NCBI GenBank assembly: GCA_021613535.1
Contig: CP075496.1
Coordinates: 14,198,001 to 14,262,000 of the forward strand
From: Adineta vaga
Taxonomy: Eukaryota; Animalia; Rotifera
Direction of reading: 5' to 3'
DNA: 64,000 nucleotides
Below, piece after piece: positions 1-14,191 of the stretch. The translations under genes and the position numbers were made by a program. Under the pieces are notes generated by a model, which saw nothing but the letters and a program-made list of their open reading frames with translations, did no database searches and was not told the origin of the DNA. Within the stretch, counting starts at the first letter, position 1. The number at the start of each line of letters is the position of its first letter.

Positions 1-63
1 ACAAGTATGACATAGTTCTCATCTATTTTTAATATTAACTGATCTTCGTGTATTTCATTCTAG

Positions 64-461
64 CCACATCAACGACTACATCTGTCGCACTTCCAGCTCA
101 ATGTTCAAGTTATACAATGATTACAGATGCCACTCGATTAGCAACAGGAGGTGCACCCACTATTATCTGTGATAATATTCTATTTACAGCCACACCAGTA
201 TGGATACGTTTCTCAGGTAGTGCAGGAACAATGCTAGTTAATTATGCTCCAACTACATACAGATGTAATACTCATGCTCCAGGATGGTATACAGGCAGTC
301 TTCCTGCTGTTGGTTCAACTGTCAGTGGTACTGTTTGTTATAATTGGAGTGGTAATACATGTAATTGGTCAAATTCAATTTCGGTAACGAATTGTAACGG
401 TTTTTATCTTTATCGATTAATAGCTCCACCCGTATGTTCACTAAGATATTGCACAATGTAA
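64..461 (+). CDS. Last exon of a uromodulin/GP2/OIT3-like D8C (Cys-rich) domain protein; gene starts upstream of the window
   Basis: Intron GT(5)..AG(63), then WIRFSGSAGT..CNTHAPGW..VCYNWSGNTCNWS..VTNCNGFYLYRL..C..RYC, the D8C pattern; stop at 459-461. Confidence 0.8.
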
Positions 462-622
462 TTATTATTATTCATATTTGTTTTTGATTGAGTCGCTTTG
501 TAGTTTTATAGAACAAAAAGACTTTTAGTCATAACTTTGTTTAACAATTTTATGTAGAAGAATGCGAATGAAACTGATATTCATTCAATTTTTATTTGAA
601 TAAAGAAAGAAAAAAGTATTTT

Positions 623-1114
623 CTAATAAACGATCTTTTTAATTAATAAAAAAGAGATAAAACCGATAATTATTTGTTCGAAGACATGACAATGAATACT
701 GAATGCTTTGGAAGTAGTAGTAGTAGTAGCACATGGTCCACTATTACTTTGACATTGAAAATGTGCTGTACAATAGCGTTGTTGATCTCCACATTTTAAA
801 TCAAACGATCGTTGTTTTGGTATCCATAAACCTGTACAATTTGTATCAAAATCCATTCCCGGTATCCAACGCATCGAAATTTGTGTCTGTTGTCCATTAT
901 TTATCGTTGTTATTTTTCCAAAAGCTGCTAATTTATTGGATTGATAGTTAATTGTCATATCTCCATTCGCCGATTGATATAATCGATAAGGAGAAACTTC
1001 TAAACATCTTAGAACAGTACATGAACAATGTAGAAAATGATAAGATCCTGATAAATCTTGAGGAATTGCCAAAATAACATTTACTGTAAGAAGAAAAATG
1101 ACAAAGAAATTCAT
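623..1114 (-). CDS. Small secreted, Cys-rich, probably GPI-anchored or membrane-tethered protein of unknown function
   Basis: Intronless 163-aa ORF; N-terminal signal peptide (MNFFVIFLLTVNVILA), 8+ Cys, Thr linker, hydrophobic C-terminus. Confidence 0.7.
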   Translation of the reverse strand: MNFFVIFLLTVNVILAIPQDLSGSYHFLHCSCTVLRCLEVSPYRLYQSANGDMTINYQSNKLAAFGKITTINNGQQTQISMRWIPGMDFDTNCTGLWIPKQRSFDLKCGDQQRYCTAHFQCQSNSGPCATTTTTSKAFSIHCHVFEQIIIGFISFLLIKKIVY

Positions 1115-2057
1115 TATGTCAACGAATGTTTGACGATGTTATTTGTGATCTTTTTATAGGATGATCAGAGGTGATATCAATGAGTAAATATCAACGTGGG
1201 TTAGAAAAAGCAAAGAGATCAAAATGATTCACAAAAGAAATGATTGTAACGCGTAGGTTGTTATATCCTACTTTAATAAGAATCATTTCAACTTTGTTTC
1301 AAACTAAAAAAAGATAATCATATCTGAGTATTTGTATATAGAAGATATTGAGACATAGTTGCACTGAGAAGCAAGGACATTATTCTGGTAGAATAAGCTT
1401 TTCTTTCTGTGTTTGTTGTGTTTATACATAAATAGAAAAGAATAATGATATGGGAGGATAAGAACAACGAATAAATATTGTTAAACTAATTAGAGATACA
1501 AAATTAATCGAATGAAAAAAAAAATATGTAAATTGAAATGGAATACGTATTTATTTTTTTCTTAATGAATAAATTCGAATGAAATTACTGATTGATGAGT
1601 TCGAAAGTAAAAAGGTCGATCGGTAAGTTTTGAATAAATTTGATAAAAAGAAGAAGGAAAAAAAACAGGTGTGTATTGTTTTTGCTCATTTGTTTCGAAA
1701 AGTTATAGTATATTTTTCTTTAAAAATATCTCATTCTAGCGGATATTTGATATCACTCGACAACTAGCGACATCATCAATAAAAATGTAGGAAACAAAAG
1801 TAAATATTATTTCATTGAATATAATCTTCTAATGATAAAAATGAAAATGTGAATAATTTATCGAGAGAAAAAAAAAGTAAATAAAATCTGAAAATAAATT
1901 GACCTTGTTGAGAATATTTCTCATATGGCCGCAATTTGTTGTTTGTTCTGATGTTGTTTATTTAGTCTTTTCTTGTCTATTATAGAAGAAAACAAACATT
2001 GATATCTTTATATCGAAATCATGTCCATCCAATGTAAATTATAATTAATAAAGATTC

Positions 2058-5000
2058 ATGTTAAGTGGAATACATCCATCGGACGAAGTTAATCGTCAAT
2101 CGAGTGCAATAGCAAAACGTCGTGAACAATTACGTCGTTGGGATGAATCAGAAACAAATCGAGAATCAGCAAATGTAAAAATCTCTCAACGTGTTAAATT
2201 TCAACAAGCCTATGTCTTTCTTGCTGCATGTTCATCATCCGATCGTGATGAAGTCGAAAAATTATTACAACGTGGTGTAGATATCAATACATCAAATATC
2301 GATGGTTTAACAGCACTACATCAAGCATGTATTGATAATAATTTACATATGGTAGAATATTTGCTCAATCGTTCTGCCGATATTAATTGTCAAGATAATG
2401 AAGGATGGACACCTTTACATGCGGCATCATCATGTGGAAATATTGATATTGTCAAATATTTATTATCACATGGTGCTATTGTTGATGTTTGTAATAATGA
2501 AGGTGAATTACCGATTGATATTGCTGAAGGTGATGATATACTTGCATGTTTGGAAGAAGATATGAGAAGAAAAGGTATTGATGATGAACAAGCAAGAAAT
2601 ATTGAACATGAAATTATGCTTAAACATGCACAAGATTGGTTAAATAATAATCAAAAAACAAATTCGAAATCTTTACCAGAAATTATTGTACACGCGAGAA
2701 CTGGTGCTACTGCTTTACATGTTGCTTGTGCAAAAGGTTATATAGATGTTATTGATATTTTATTACGTGCTGGTGCAAATATTAATTCGGTTGATAATGA
2801 TGGATGGACACCTTTACATGCTGCTGCACATTGGGATAAACAAGATATTATTCAATTTCTGTTAGAAAGAAATGCTGATATAGATGCAAAAAATTATGCG
2901 GTAAGATTTTTATATCAAATCAAAATAAAATTTGATGTGTTTTCTTTTTAGGGACAAACACCAGTTGATGTATGCGATGGTGTAACACATGAATTTTTAA
3001 AAGAATTAAGAGGAAGACGACCTCCTGTCAAAGTAAATGATTTCGTTTAGTTTTTATTTTTGAAGTTAAATGTATTGATTTTAGTCACCGACTAATGAAA
3101 CTCCAGATAATATTCTTGCACCATGGAAGAGAAAGTAAAGTTTTGAATTAGGAAAATTTCTTTTTTTGAATTCTTTTTTTTCTTCTAGACCTATATCGAA
3201 TCGAACAGGAGATGAACATAAATCAATTCTTCGAACTGAATCACATAATGAGAATAATTTAGGTCAGTTTATATCTTTCCGTTGTTTTTCAATCAAATCG
3301 AAGTTTTTTCGTTTCATTCGTTTAGAAACAACAACAAAAACTCCTCCACCTACGACGACTCCTGTTCCACAGGTATATCTTTGCCTTGCTTTTGTTTTTA
3401 TTGATCACCAACGCATGTCTTTAGTCTTCTGTACCCCCATCATCCTTACCATTATCAGTCAATCCTGCATCTGTTGATGAGAATTTACCTACTTGCTCAC
3501 CTAGCATCAAGGTTTGCTGGAGAAATAATCCTGTAAAATAAACTTCACCTTTTTCATTTTCATATTTTTAGGAGAAATTAAATAGTCTTCAACGTTCATT
3601 ACATGATTTAAGTAATCGTTATTTAAAAACCAATCAAGAAGAGGTAAGAAGAATAAGAAAGTCTTTGTTTGCGTAAAGCATGAATTGCATTTGATTCGCT
3701 TGTGCATGTTTTGTATTTTCTTAGCAATCAAATACGCCAGTTTCGACTAATAATTCATCAAATACTGAAGTAACGAAATCAACTCCATTGACATTTGAAC
3801 AAAGATCAAAACAGACCAATGAAAAACCAACTCTAAATTCGAATTCAACTCGATCAGGATTTTTATCAACAAATAAATATTCTCAACGAACATTTACAAA
3901 TCCACTTCAATCATTAACAACAAATAATATTAATAATGATTTAACCAATCGTGTAAGATTTTCTATCAAATAGAGAAAATAAATCAATAGTTAAAGATTA
4001 TTTTGCATGAAGAATTCATTGCATGTTCACATATATCTTTATCAAAGAAACATCGTTTTTTTTTCTTTCTTTTAGGAAAATCCTTCAAGTAATACAACGA
4101 ATACTGCAAATATCGCTACATCTCCAACTCAAACATTGGACACGAAAATAAATCGAAGGTATTTTCAGAAAAGAAAACAAACGAGTCTTTTTTTGTCATT
4201 TACGAGACGGAAAAGAAATAACTTGTTTAGTGAGTTAAATGAGATGATACTATTTTATATTCTTCTAGTTCCAATGAGACACAGCCTGAAGTGGCACCGA
4301 GAAGGTATTTATTGATTTCTTCTATGAAAAAACCTTCATACATTATCTAACCAAATCATCTCACAATTCAATACGCACAACCTTACAAATGTTTTTCATT
4401 TGCACAGAATAGAAACTTTTACATAACTAATCTAACGAAAGAAAGAGAAACAAAAATCATACAGAACTAATATTAATGCATGTTTTTACCCGTTTTTCTC
4501 GTCGTTTTATTATACAAGAAATTTTCTTATGGAATTCATTTAGATGGGGAACAACTGATCGAACAGTGGGTGATAATACGTTAACAACACCAGCAAATAC
4601 AGGTCCATATGTACGTCGACGATCAGGTGCGGGTGTTAATGAACCCACATTAACACCACCAGCATCAGTTGCAGCACCAGCGATAACAACTACAGCGACT
4701 TCAACGATTGTTAATGTAACAACATCACTTCCACCAGTAACGTCAACGCCAACAACGAATGTAACAGTAACATCACCAAGTTTACTTGATGATTCAACGG
4801 GTGGAAAACGTCGATCAAATCTTCCACCAAGTCGTGATGAAGAAGCTGAAGCACAACGTAAACATCGTTCAGCTCAAGCACGACGAGAACGACGATCAAC
4901 ACAAAGTGTAACTGTTGAAGATATTAAAGCAGCTGAACAACAAATTAAAAGTCAACCAACAACAAATCCAGATAATTCATCATCGACAGTAACAATTCCA

Positions 5001-7129
5001 CAACCAATGACAAATATTATTGAAACGACATCAAATGTAACATTATCAAATAATAAAATTGGTGCACCATCAACGCCATCATTAGTTAATGAACATGATA
5101 TTGAAACTGAACGTTTACAGCGTGTTATTGAAGAGAAAAAAGAAAAAGCAAGAATATTAAGTGGAGGAAATGAGGTAAAGAACTGCTTTCATCGATTTAC
5201 CCTTGATTATTGATATTTTCTTCTTTTTTTTCTCCGCTTCTACTTTTGTTTATTTGTGTAGTCCATAATGATTACCAATAACCATACGCTTTTAATTAGA
5301 AAAAAAAACTCCAGGGATAAAAACAAAAAAAGTTGTATTAACATCGAAATAGAAGAAAGAAAAAATTATATAAAAACTCGTTTGTTTTATATCGAACTTT
5401 ATGACATTCTCTCGATGTCTCATTAAATGACGATATATCCTCTTACTCCGATAGTCTACAAAATACGTATAAAATATATCTCTATACGTAGATGTAATAA
5501 TTCAATGTCTCTTCTATGCGTACGTGTTTTTGCTCTTGTTCTATGTAATACTTTGTTCTCTTTCTTCGAATATGTCTCTCTCTATGTATATATATATATA
5601 AACATATTATTGATAGGATACTGTTGAAACGACTGTTGACGCATCTTCATCTGGTGGATCACGTCGATTACGATCGAGATTTACATCTGCGGATACTGAC
5701 AGTAAGGAAAAAAAGAACAGGAAAAAAAATAGTCTGTTAATCTTGTCGTATTCTGATAGATATTGTCCCATCAATAACAGCAAACGACTCATTGAATCTT
5801 GGTCTGAGTGCTTCGTTAGATTCTCAACAACAACAACCACGAAGAAGAACAAATCGTGTACATAATCAACGGAAAAATACAGGAAGAATTATTTGGAACG
5901 ATGTATGATTTTTATCTTAATAAAATTATCTTCAATGTTCGACTTTTAGGAAACAAAAGAAGTAGAAATACGTGAGGATTCAAATGATTTAGTTCCAAAA
6001 ACATCAACTGAAGAATCTCATCGATCAGACGATCAAAAATTACAAGATAACGCTCAACAACAACAACAACAACAACAATCAACAACAACAAATCCGTCAT
6101 TAATCGGTTCACGTGGTCTTATATCTCGATTTGAAAATATTCCATCTGCATCTCTCGTAACAACAACAAAAGAATCTTCAAATAATTTATCTCCAACATC
6201 TCCACCACCAACATCAATATCATCATCACGAAGTATACGTTCACAAAGTCAAGATCCCTCACGTAAATCGTTAACATTAACGACTTCTTTACCATCATCA
6301 AATACGAATACTCTTATGAACGGAATGGCAACTTCAACACCATTTGCATTGAAAAAAGATTCGAAAGAAAATACAATTTTACCAACAGGATCATCAACAA
6401 CGAATAATGATGCATCAGCTATTAAACGAGTAAGAATTAAATCGGATTACAAAAGTTTTTAACGTCATTTTGTCTTTTCAAATAGTTATATGATGATTCA
6501 AAACGTAAAATTGATGAATTAACACAAAAAGTAGATCGATTAGAACGCGATATCGTCGAACGAGATCAAATGATCGAAAAACTTGTATGTTATGTCTAGA
6601 CTTGTTTTTATTACAAAATTATTTTTCTTTATTATAGAAAACATCACAATATATTGAATCATCTCTTGATAAACGAGTAAGATATTTTTCGAGAATGATA
6701 TTCTAATTTTATACATCCATAGAGAAGGTTAAACTGAGTTAATTCTGACATTTCCTTATCGTTTTGTCATGCCTATTTATCATAGAAAGAAATGCTCTAA
6801 TTAGAATTACTTGGTATAGGGAAAAAGTCTATTCAAGGTCAATTTTGACAAAACATCTTTGAATAATTACAGAAAGATTATTAATTCTTATCTAAATAAA
6901 TATTATTATTATCTCATGGAATTCTTTGTATTTCTTAGGAAAAACGTGGATATGAAAGAAAGATCTCAGAATTAGAAGAAGAATTAAAAGTAAATAAAAG
7001 AAAATTTTTGTACAAAATCAAACTGAATTTTTGTTTCCTTAGAAAATGGATTCAATCAAAGCAGATAATACACGTTTAAAAGAAGAAAATGCTGCATTAA
7101 TTCGTGTGATCAGTAAACTCTCGAAATGA
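2058..7129 (+). CDS. PPP1R12A: Protein phosphatase 1 regulatory subunit 12 (MYPT1/Mbs), multi-exon
   Basis: KRREQLRRW N-terminal element, RVKF PP1-docking motif, ankyrin repeats, RRSTQSVT inhibitory phosphosite, C-terminal leucine zipper NTRLKEENAALIRVISKLSK*; many GT-AG introns. Confidence 0.95.
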
Positions 7130-7800
7130 AAAATCAAACCCTACAACAACAACAACAACAAATCGTTTTTTTTCTTTTGTGTGCGTGTGTGCTCTAGAGT
7201 GCTTCTTTATTCTTCTCGTCTTGTTGTGCAATAGAGCCTTTCGTTTATCTTTTCTTTCTCTTTTTCTTTTTGTATTACTCTAATGCTACTATATATATAC
7301 ATATAACTTTAGTCACTTGGTGCTACGGATCTCGAGACGTGCTAGCAAAACAGTGAGAGAAACTCGAAATCAAAGTTTTGCTTTAAAATCTCGTTCGATG
7401 TGTGAAACAAAAATGAATATTTGTTTATCTTTTTCTCTTCTTCTCATTTGAATAATAATAATAATAATTAATATATCAGACATGTCATAGAATACGATAT
7501 CTTTATTATTCTACATTTTGAACTTCAGAATGTAATTTCAATCTCGCTCTTTCTCTCGTTTCTTTTTCTTTTTCTTTCTTTCTTTTTTTGTTCTTCTCAT
7601 CATATCTTCTATATGCCTTAGACACAAATTCGAGCGTGTGTGTGTGTGTGTGGACGTGTGTCTTTCTCAATTCTCATGTATTTTATAACTCGCTTCTCTT
7701 TCTTTTCTTTTTGCAATCAAAAATACATCACATGCACACACATTTCATTCGGAAAGAAGACAAAAGAAATTTTCTTCGTTTCTTTTTTTTTGCAGAAATC

Positions 7801-10800
7801 ATGTCCGGTGAAGAAAATAATTCAATTGATGATTCAAATACAAAACCCGTATGTTGATCATGAAGAATTATTCGATTTTGTTTTCCTAACTGAGAGTCTT
7901 TCATAGTTAATTGCAGAAACGAAAATTTGTTCAATTTGTTTATTAAGTGGAAGGTAAAAGAAAACAAAGAAAAATTTCAATTTAAGAATTATTTGAATAT
8001 ATTTAGTACAGATGATAGTGATCCAATTGTTTATTGTGATCGATGTGGTGTTATTGTTCATGAAAGTAAAATAAATATTTGATTTTTAATTTCTTTTAAA
8101 TGAATTCTTTAGGTTGTTATAATGCAGATACATTAGATGATAGATCATCGGATTCATCTTCACCATCTGAATATTGGTTTTGTACACCATGTTTAGCACG
8201 TGTAGATGATCCAGTAAGAAAGAAAAATGAAGTTTAAAGTGAATATTTATTTTAATATCTGAATAGATATGTGCTTTATGTCCTAATCGAGATCGTTGTA
8301 ATGCATTTTGGCCAACATTAGAATCAAGTTGGATTCATGTGATTTGTGCAGTTGGTATTCCAGGTGTTTTATATTATGATGAACTTTATTATACACCGGT
8401 TGATTTATCAAATATTTCATCGCAAAAATTTGGAAATAAAGTTCGAAAAAAATCTTTTTCTTTTTTCTTTACAATTTTCTTATTTATTTGTTTATTTAGC
8501 AATGTCATATATGTGAAACAAGATCAGGTGTAACTGTATCGTGTGATGCGGGTTTATGCCCAAATGCATTTCATTTATCATGCGCAAATAAAAATGGATT
8601 ATTACAAATTAGAGGAGAATTAGTAAGTTATTATGTTGAAAATAAGGGTGGGTGTGTTTGTATGGAAAAGGACATTGCCATGTTGACATTTCATATCGCA
8701 CAAAAAACAGACGTCATTGATAAAAGCTGAAGGACATAAAAAAGAATATCTAGGTTTTTTCTCTCTTATTGTTTAGTCAAAAATAGAATGTGAACTATAT
8801 TGTGTTACTCATCAATCTTCATCAAATACATATAAAACTGTTCAACGAAATTATACAATTTGTGAAGTACAACAAAAACAATTAGATCATCGTGATCAAT
8901 TAAATGTTTGTTTTATATTCATTTAATTTTGTCAAAAAATCGTTCAAAATTTTTCTTTTTTTCCAGGATGATATTCGTCAAATGTTATCAACTTATTGGA
9001 CTATTTATAAAAAACGTAGTGAAACATTTCCACGATTACCAAAACCTACTAAAACTCATGTTGCACGGTATGAATAGATCAGTTTTTATAAAAATGAAAT
9101 GGTTTTTTTTCTAAAAGAAAATTATGTCTAAATAGATCATTAATGGTTGATCCAGTTGCATTGAAAAATTTCTTTGATAAAGCTCAACATCTTCGTCCTG
9201 ATCAATCAACAACATTACCAAATAATCATGATTTAACATCAACAGATACAAATGCACTTTTAGCATTTACAACAAATGAAGAAGAATTAACTCAACTTCG
9301 AGAACGTATTGGTGAAGCCGAAAAAAATCTTGTACAATTAGAATCATCTTCAATTGATAAACAATTAAAAGAAGAACATAAAAAAGTAAAAGAAAAAATA
9401 ATGAAAATAAAATAAAAATGTTTTTTTGTTTTTAGTTAGAAACTGAATTGAAAAAAGAATATGAAACATTAGCATCATTAACTGAAAGATATAATCAATT
9501 TATTGATATATTTAAAGTTTATAATTGTCAATTAAAAGATGAAACAACGAATATTAAATTATCTTCAACAATAACAACAGAAACGGAAAGGTTTAATCAA
9601 ATTTAAGATTTTCTTTAATAAATTAAACGATAAAATTTCTTATTTTAGTTGTTCAGTTTGTAAACAAAAAGATCAATCAAATCAAATGATTAAATGTTGT
9701 CAATGTAATTTAGCATTTCATGGTGATTGTTTAAAACCACCAATGCCTACAAAAACATTAGCATTGATGTTATCAGCAACGAAAAAATATGAATGGTATT
9801 CGATTTATTTGCAAAAAAGAAAAATATGTTCTGTATGATTCAATTGTAGGCAATGTGCTTCGTGTGTTAATGCACAACAAGAAGAACTTGATCAACGTAA
9901 TGTTAATGTTGATGAACCACGTCAGATACGACCAAGACGAACAAATGAACTTGTTTTACGTGAAACAGTGATTAAAGTAAATAGATAGGAGAGAATTTTC
10001 TTTCAATTCGTTTTTGTTTGATGAATTTTTAGTTTGGATCAAGAAAACGAAAACAAGATTCGGATAATAGTAATGAACAAATAAAAGAAAATAAAAAAGT
10101 AAAAACAACAACGAATCCATCATCTTCAGCAAAAGAAAGTATGACTTCAAATCAAGATGATGACAAACCATCAACAAGTAAAAGTCGAACAGCAGTTATT
10201 AAACAATTATTTACAAGAAAAACAACCGATTTTACTCCGGATTCATCTTCAAAACGATCATCATCATCATCACCACCACCGAAAAAAGTGTATGAATTGA
10301 TATCGAAAATCATTTTTTGTATTTGATTTGATTTGATTTAGTTCGACAAATACGAAATCACCAAAAATATCAATAAAAAAACCTTCAATATCAAAATCTA
10401 TTGGTAAACGAAGAACGTTAAATTACTCGAGTTGTTTATCTCATTTAAAAAAAACTCTTCTAGATTCATCAGTAATAACTCCTGTTCGTTCGAATTCTCT
10501 TATAATTGATCGTCGAACTCCAACAATCTTTAAACAAAAAGCTGCATCGTTACCAATGACAAAACTTGACAAGAAAAAACGTAAAACAACAAAAGATCCC
10601 ATGTCAATATTTGATTTTTATGATGATGATGAAAATGCGAATGGTACCATTGAACTTCGTTCATCAATTACAAATAGTAGTCATGATGATGATGATGATA
10701 ATGTTAAAGAAGAAAATCTAAAATCTAAAAAAGATGAGAAGAAAGCAAATCGACGTTCAACAGTAACAGTAGAAAATAATGTTCCATCTGATGCTCGTTG

Positions 10801-11174
10801 TAAAGAATGTTCTAATTCAGGAACAAATCAAACAATGACTGAGTAAATTCGTTTACTTTTCTTCTGATGTTCTATTTATTTATTGATCATTTTAGTTGTG
10901 ATAAATGCAAATATTTTTATCATTTTGCTTGTTGTATACCCCCGTTATCTTCGTTTCCTAAACGACGTAATTATGGTTGGACATGTCATCGATGTAATGA
11001 TGATAGTGAACATGATACATCCAATGAAATTGTGACTATTCCTCCAACATCAAAGGTTAGTTAGCTATTTATTGTTTAATCATATTTAGTTCAAATTTTT
11101 GTTTGTAGAATTCAAGACGTGAACGAAAAAGTCAAAATCGATCGAATGAAAAAGAAATATCGATGGATGAATAA
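7801..11174 (+). CDS. PHF14: PHD finger protein 14 homolog (PZP module plus further PHD fingers), multi-exon
   Basis: Spliced CSICL..CDRCGVIVHE.CY..WFCTPC..CALCPNR..WIHVICA..SCDAGLCPNAFHLSCA and terminal CDKCKYFYHFACCIPPL..YGWTCHRC match the PHF14 layout. Confidence 0.88.
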
Positions 11175-11828
11175 CTTTTTGTATCTATGTAATTGATTGA
11201 AAATATTGTCATATGTTGTGTGTTTTCTTCTGTTAGTTAAATATTAAAATTATTATTTGATCATAGTTCAATTGAAACCTACTCGTTGTGTCTTTGTATC
11301 GTCTTCATTTGTTTCAAAATTTTCTCAGATCAATAAATCTGACAATTGGATGTAAACTAAATCGTCGTTTTTTATATACTATAGAGTCAAATTCAATTGC
11401 TTGATTAAAATTCTATTTCTTTTTGAAACTTGCAAAGATATCTCGTAGATATTATGGTCTCAACCTTTGCTGCAGTCTATTAGAAGGAAAATTCTTTTCA
11501 ATCTAAATCAGCTGTATTATACGATTAAAATGGAATAGAAGAACGATAGCATATTTTTGTTAATCTTTTTACAAGTGATCTTAATATTTCAATCATTTAA
11601 CGAAACAATGAAGCATCGAATTTATCCTTTTTTTAAATCCATCAATATTTCTTATCTGAATAGAGATAAAGCATTCTATTAAGGTAATCAAAAGATTTTT
11701 TCTATTGATCATTTAATGAAATATAGGTTAAGTGATCTGCGTATAGAAAAGTAGAGCCATCTGTCTAAATTTCTATTTATTTATTTCCTATTTATTTGAC
11801 GTGAAAACAATCATTTAACAAAACTTGA

Positions 11829-13224
11829 TTAACGACGAAAAATCTACAATCAACAAAAATCAATAATTGTAATGTCGATTTTACTTTCCGTAGTATACTC
11901 ACTTTTTTTGTTCCTGGACGTTTGGTTTTTTTTCTTGTTTTATCAGATCTAAAATATACAAATAGTTTTATTTCTCAACTCTCATATACACGTACTTTTT
12001 CAGCTTCCAATCGAGTATTTTTTCCTGTAAACGAATACTCAATTCTTCTTCTACCTTTGCCCTTTCCGCAACCACGACGTTCACTTGATTTTTCAAATTG
12101 CGTACTTGTTTATTTGTTTCAAGGGTTAAATTGCGTATTTGAATTTTTGTTTGTTTATATACTCTGGAAATTTCTTCTTCGATTCTCGTAACTTTTTCAT
12201 CCCATTCCTCAAGAATGTTCTTATTATTTTGTCGTATTTCTAAAATCGACAGTGGTTCATTTTCATCAACGTTTTCTTCATTATCTTCATTCTACAATAT
12301 AAAAGTATGTCAATTGTTACTTTTTCGAATGAATGTACTTCATTAAATTGATCTTGTACGTTTATAGGAACCACTGTTTTTACGGATGGTTCTGGCAAAT
12401 GGATTTCATCCAAAGATTGTTCGATACACAAACTAAATATGGTAAAAATTGGCTTATGTGTGTGAAAAAATGCTTCTAAAGAAATTTAATGGATATTATG
12501 GACTTACTTTGTAAAATCTTGGATAAGCGGAAAAGAATATGAACTAGTGGTTGGCAGATCCGATAATACAGGATCTAAATTGAATATATATAGTAGATGA
12601 ATAAATTTCGCTATGAAAGTTTAGTTCGAAATTAAGGTATTGCGTAATAAATTATTTCGTTCATTATCGTATAGGCGATTAAGTCGTCACGATGAATTCG
12701 AAATGAAATTTCATTTAAAATGTTACCTTCAATAGATTCACCAGGTACTTGTTCTATCAAATGATGTTGTGATAAATCAGCAGTTACAACGTCAGATTGA
12801 ATAGGTGGTTGATCTGTTTGTATTGAATCAGATTGACAAGTGGATTCATCTGAAGCCTGTTCGACTGGAGCATCAACACGAATTCGTTTGGTTTTTCGAT
12901 TTCTGTAGCGTTTTGATCCGACAACATCTGAAAGTCAAAAGTAATTATTTGTTCGTGTATAGTGGTGTCGGTACAAAAGATATTGGAAAAGATCATGTTT
13001 TTCTAATCTCCTGTGAAAGCAAAATGATAAACTATTTACTTACAGCCATTCGCAAAATAAAACAGAACGACCATTGGCTTCGAAGTGCGTGATCGACGTG
13101 TTGATAGTTGTGGGTGTAACTTTCTTATGTGTTGTCGAACAATCGGAGACACAGGATATTGGTCGCCATTGAGAACAAAAACGTTCCAATTACTTGGTAA
13201 ATTTCTCAATATCTCTTGTTCCAT
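11829..13224 (-). CDS. Hypothetical multi-exon protein with C-terminal coiled coil (3' end approximate)
   Basis: MEQEILRNLPSNWNVF.. joins via GT-AG introns in frame to YVVGSKRYRNRKTKRIRV.. and EEWDEKVTRIEEEISRVYKQ..; no recognised domain. Confidence 0.6.
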
Positions 13225-14191
13225 GATGAAATTTGATCTATAAGAAAAGAAAAAAATGAATACAAGATTATTCATATCAAGCAGAGCGCAGCAAGGAAAT
13301 GAAGTTAGAAAAGTGATCAGTGAATTAATCTCTTTCATTTCATATATATATATATATATATATTACGTTCACGTGTGCGTGTGCCTATTGTTTCTTTCTT
13401 TGTTAGGCCCCGTCCAGACAGAAAAGATAAAACAGAATGAACGGTCCATCGAAGAAAGGTGCAATATGAATTGGTCAAATTTAAAATAAGCCAATTAATT
13501 TTATTTTATATCAACATCTGCTGACATCTGTTTTTCTACGATATTTCAAAAGTTATATAGAAATAATAAAAATAAACTACTAATAATGAAGACGATGAAA
13601 AATATTGAACTATGATAATCGATACTAGGAAAGATCGATCCATGATATCATTATTTCGCTTTACTAAAGAATAATAAGTAAATTTCTTGATTAAATGCGA
13701 TAATAGATAAATTACGTGAAAAATTCAATGTAAATATTAATAATTTAAGTAATGTTATATTCAATTTTAATTTTTGATAAATCGATTTTATTTTATTCAT
13801 ATAAACAGATCCATAAATTTGAAGTATGGTTGCTTGAAAAACTTCATCATCTTAACTCATTTATTAGGCAACAATAAATCCATAAAGAACAACAATACTT
13901 AAATATGATGAAAGAAAATGATCAAACTCTTTTTATCATGCTCAATTAGACATTGTTATACTCCGTTATTATGCCAAAACTATTCAGTCCTCTAGGTAAG
14001 ATCCGAAATATCATAGGAAATAGTTGCCATTCTCGACAAGATAATATAATTATTTGATAGGGAATGTAAAACAAGTAACGCTCATCCAGCGGATTCGCTG
14101 ACCCTTTTCTGAAAGAATCACGATACTGGTCAGAATATTCAGATAGCATGAGCGGGAAATTATATTACACAAACACAGCTGAGCTATCATG

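Noticed and set aside
6678-6938. Intronic C/D snoRNA or leucine-zipper-switch exon in the long MYPT1 intron
   Set aside because: C box imperfect, no terminal stem; the candidate 18-nt exon has weak splice signals
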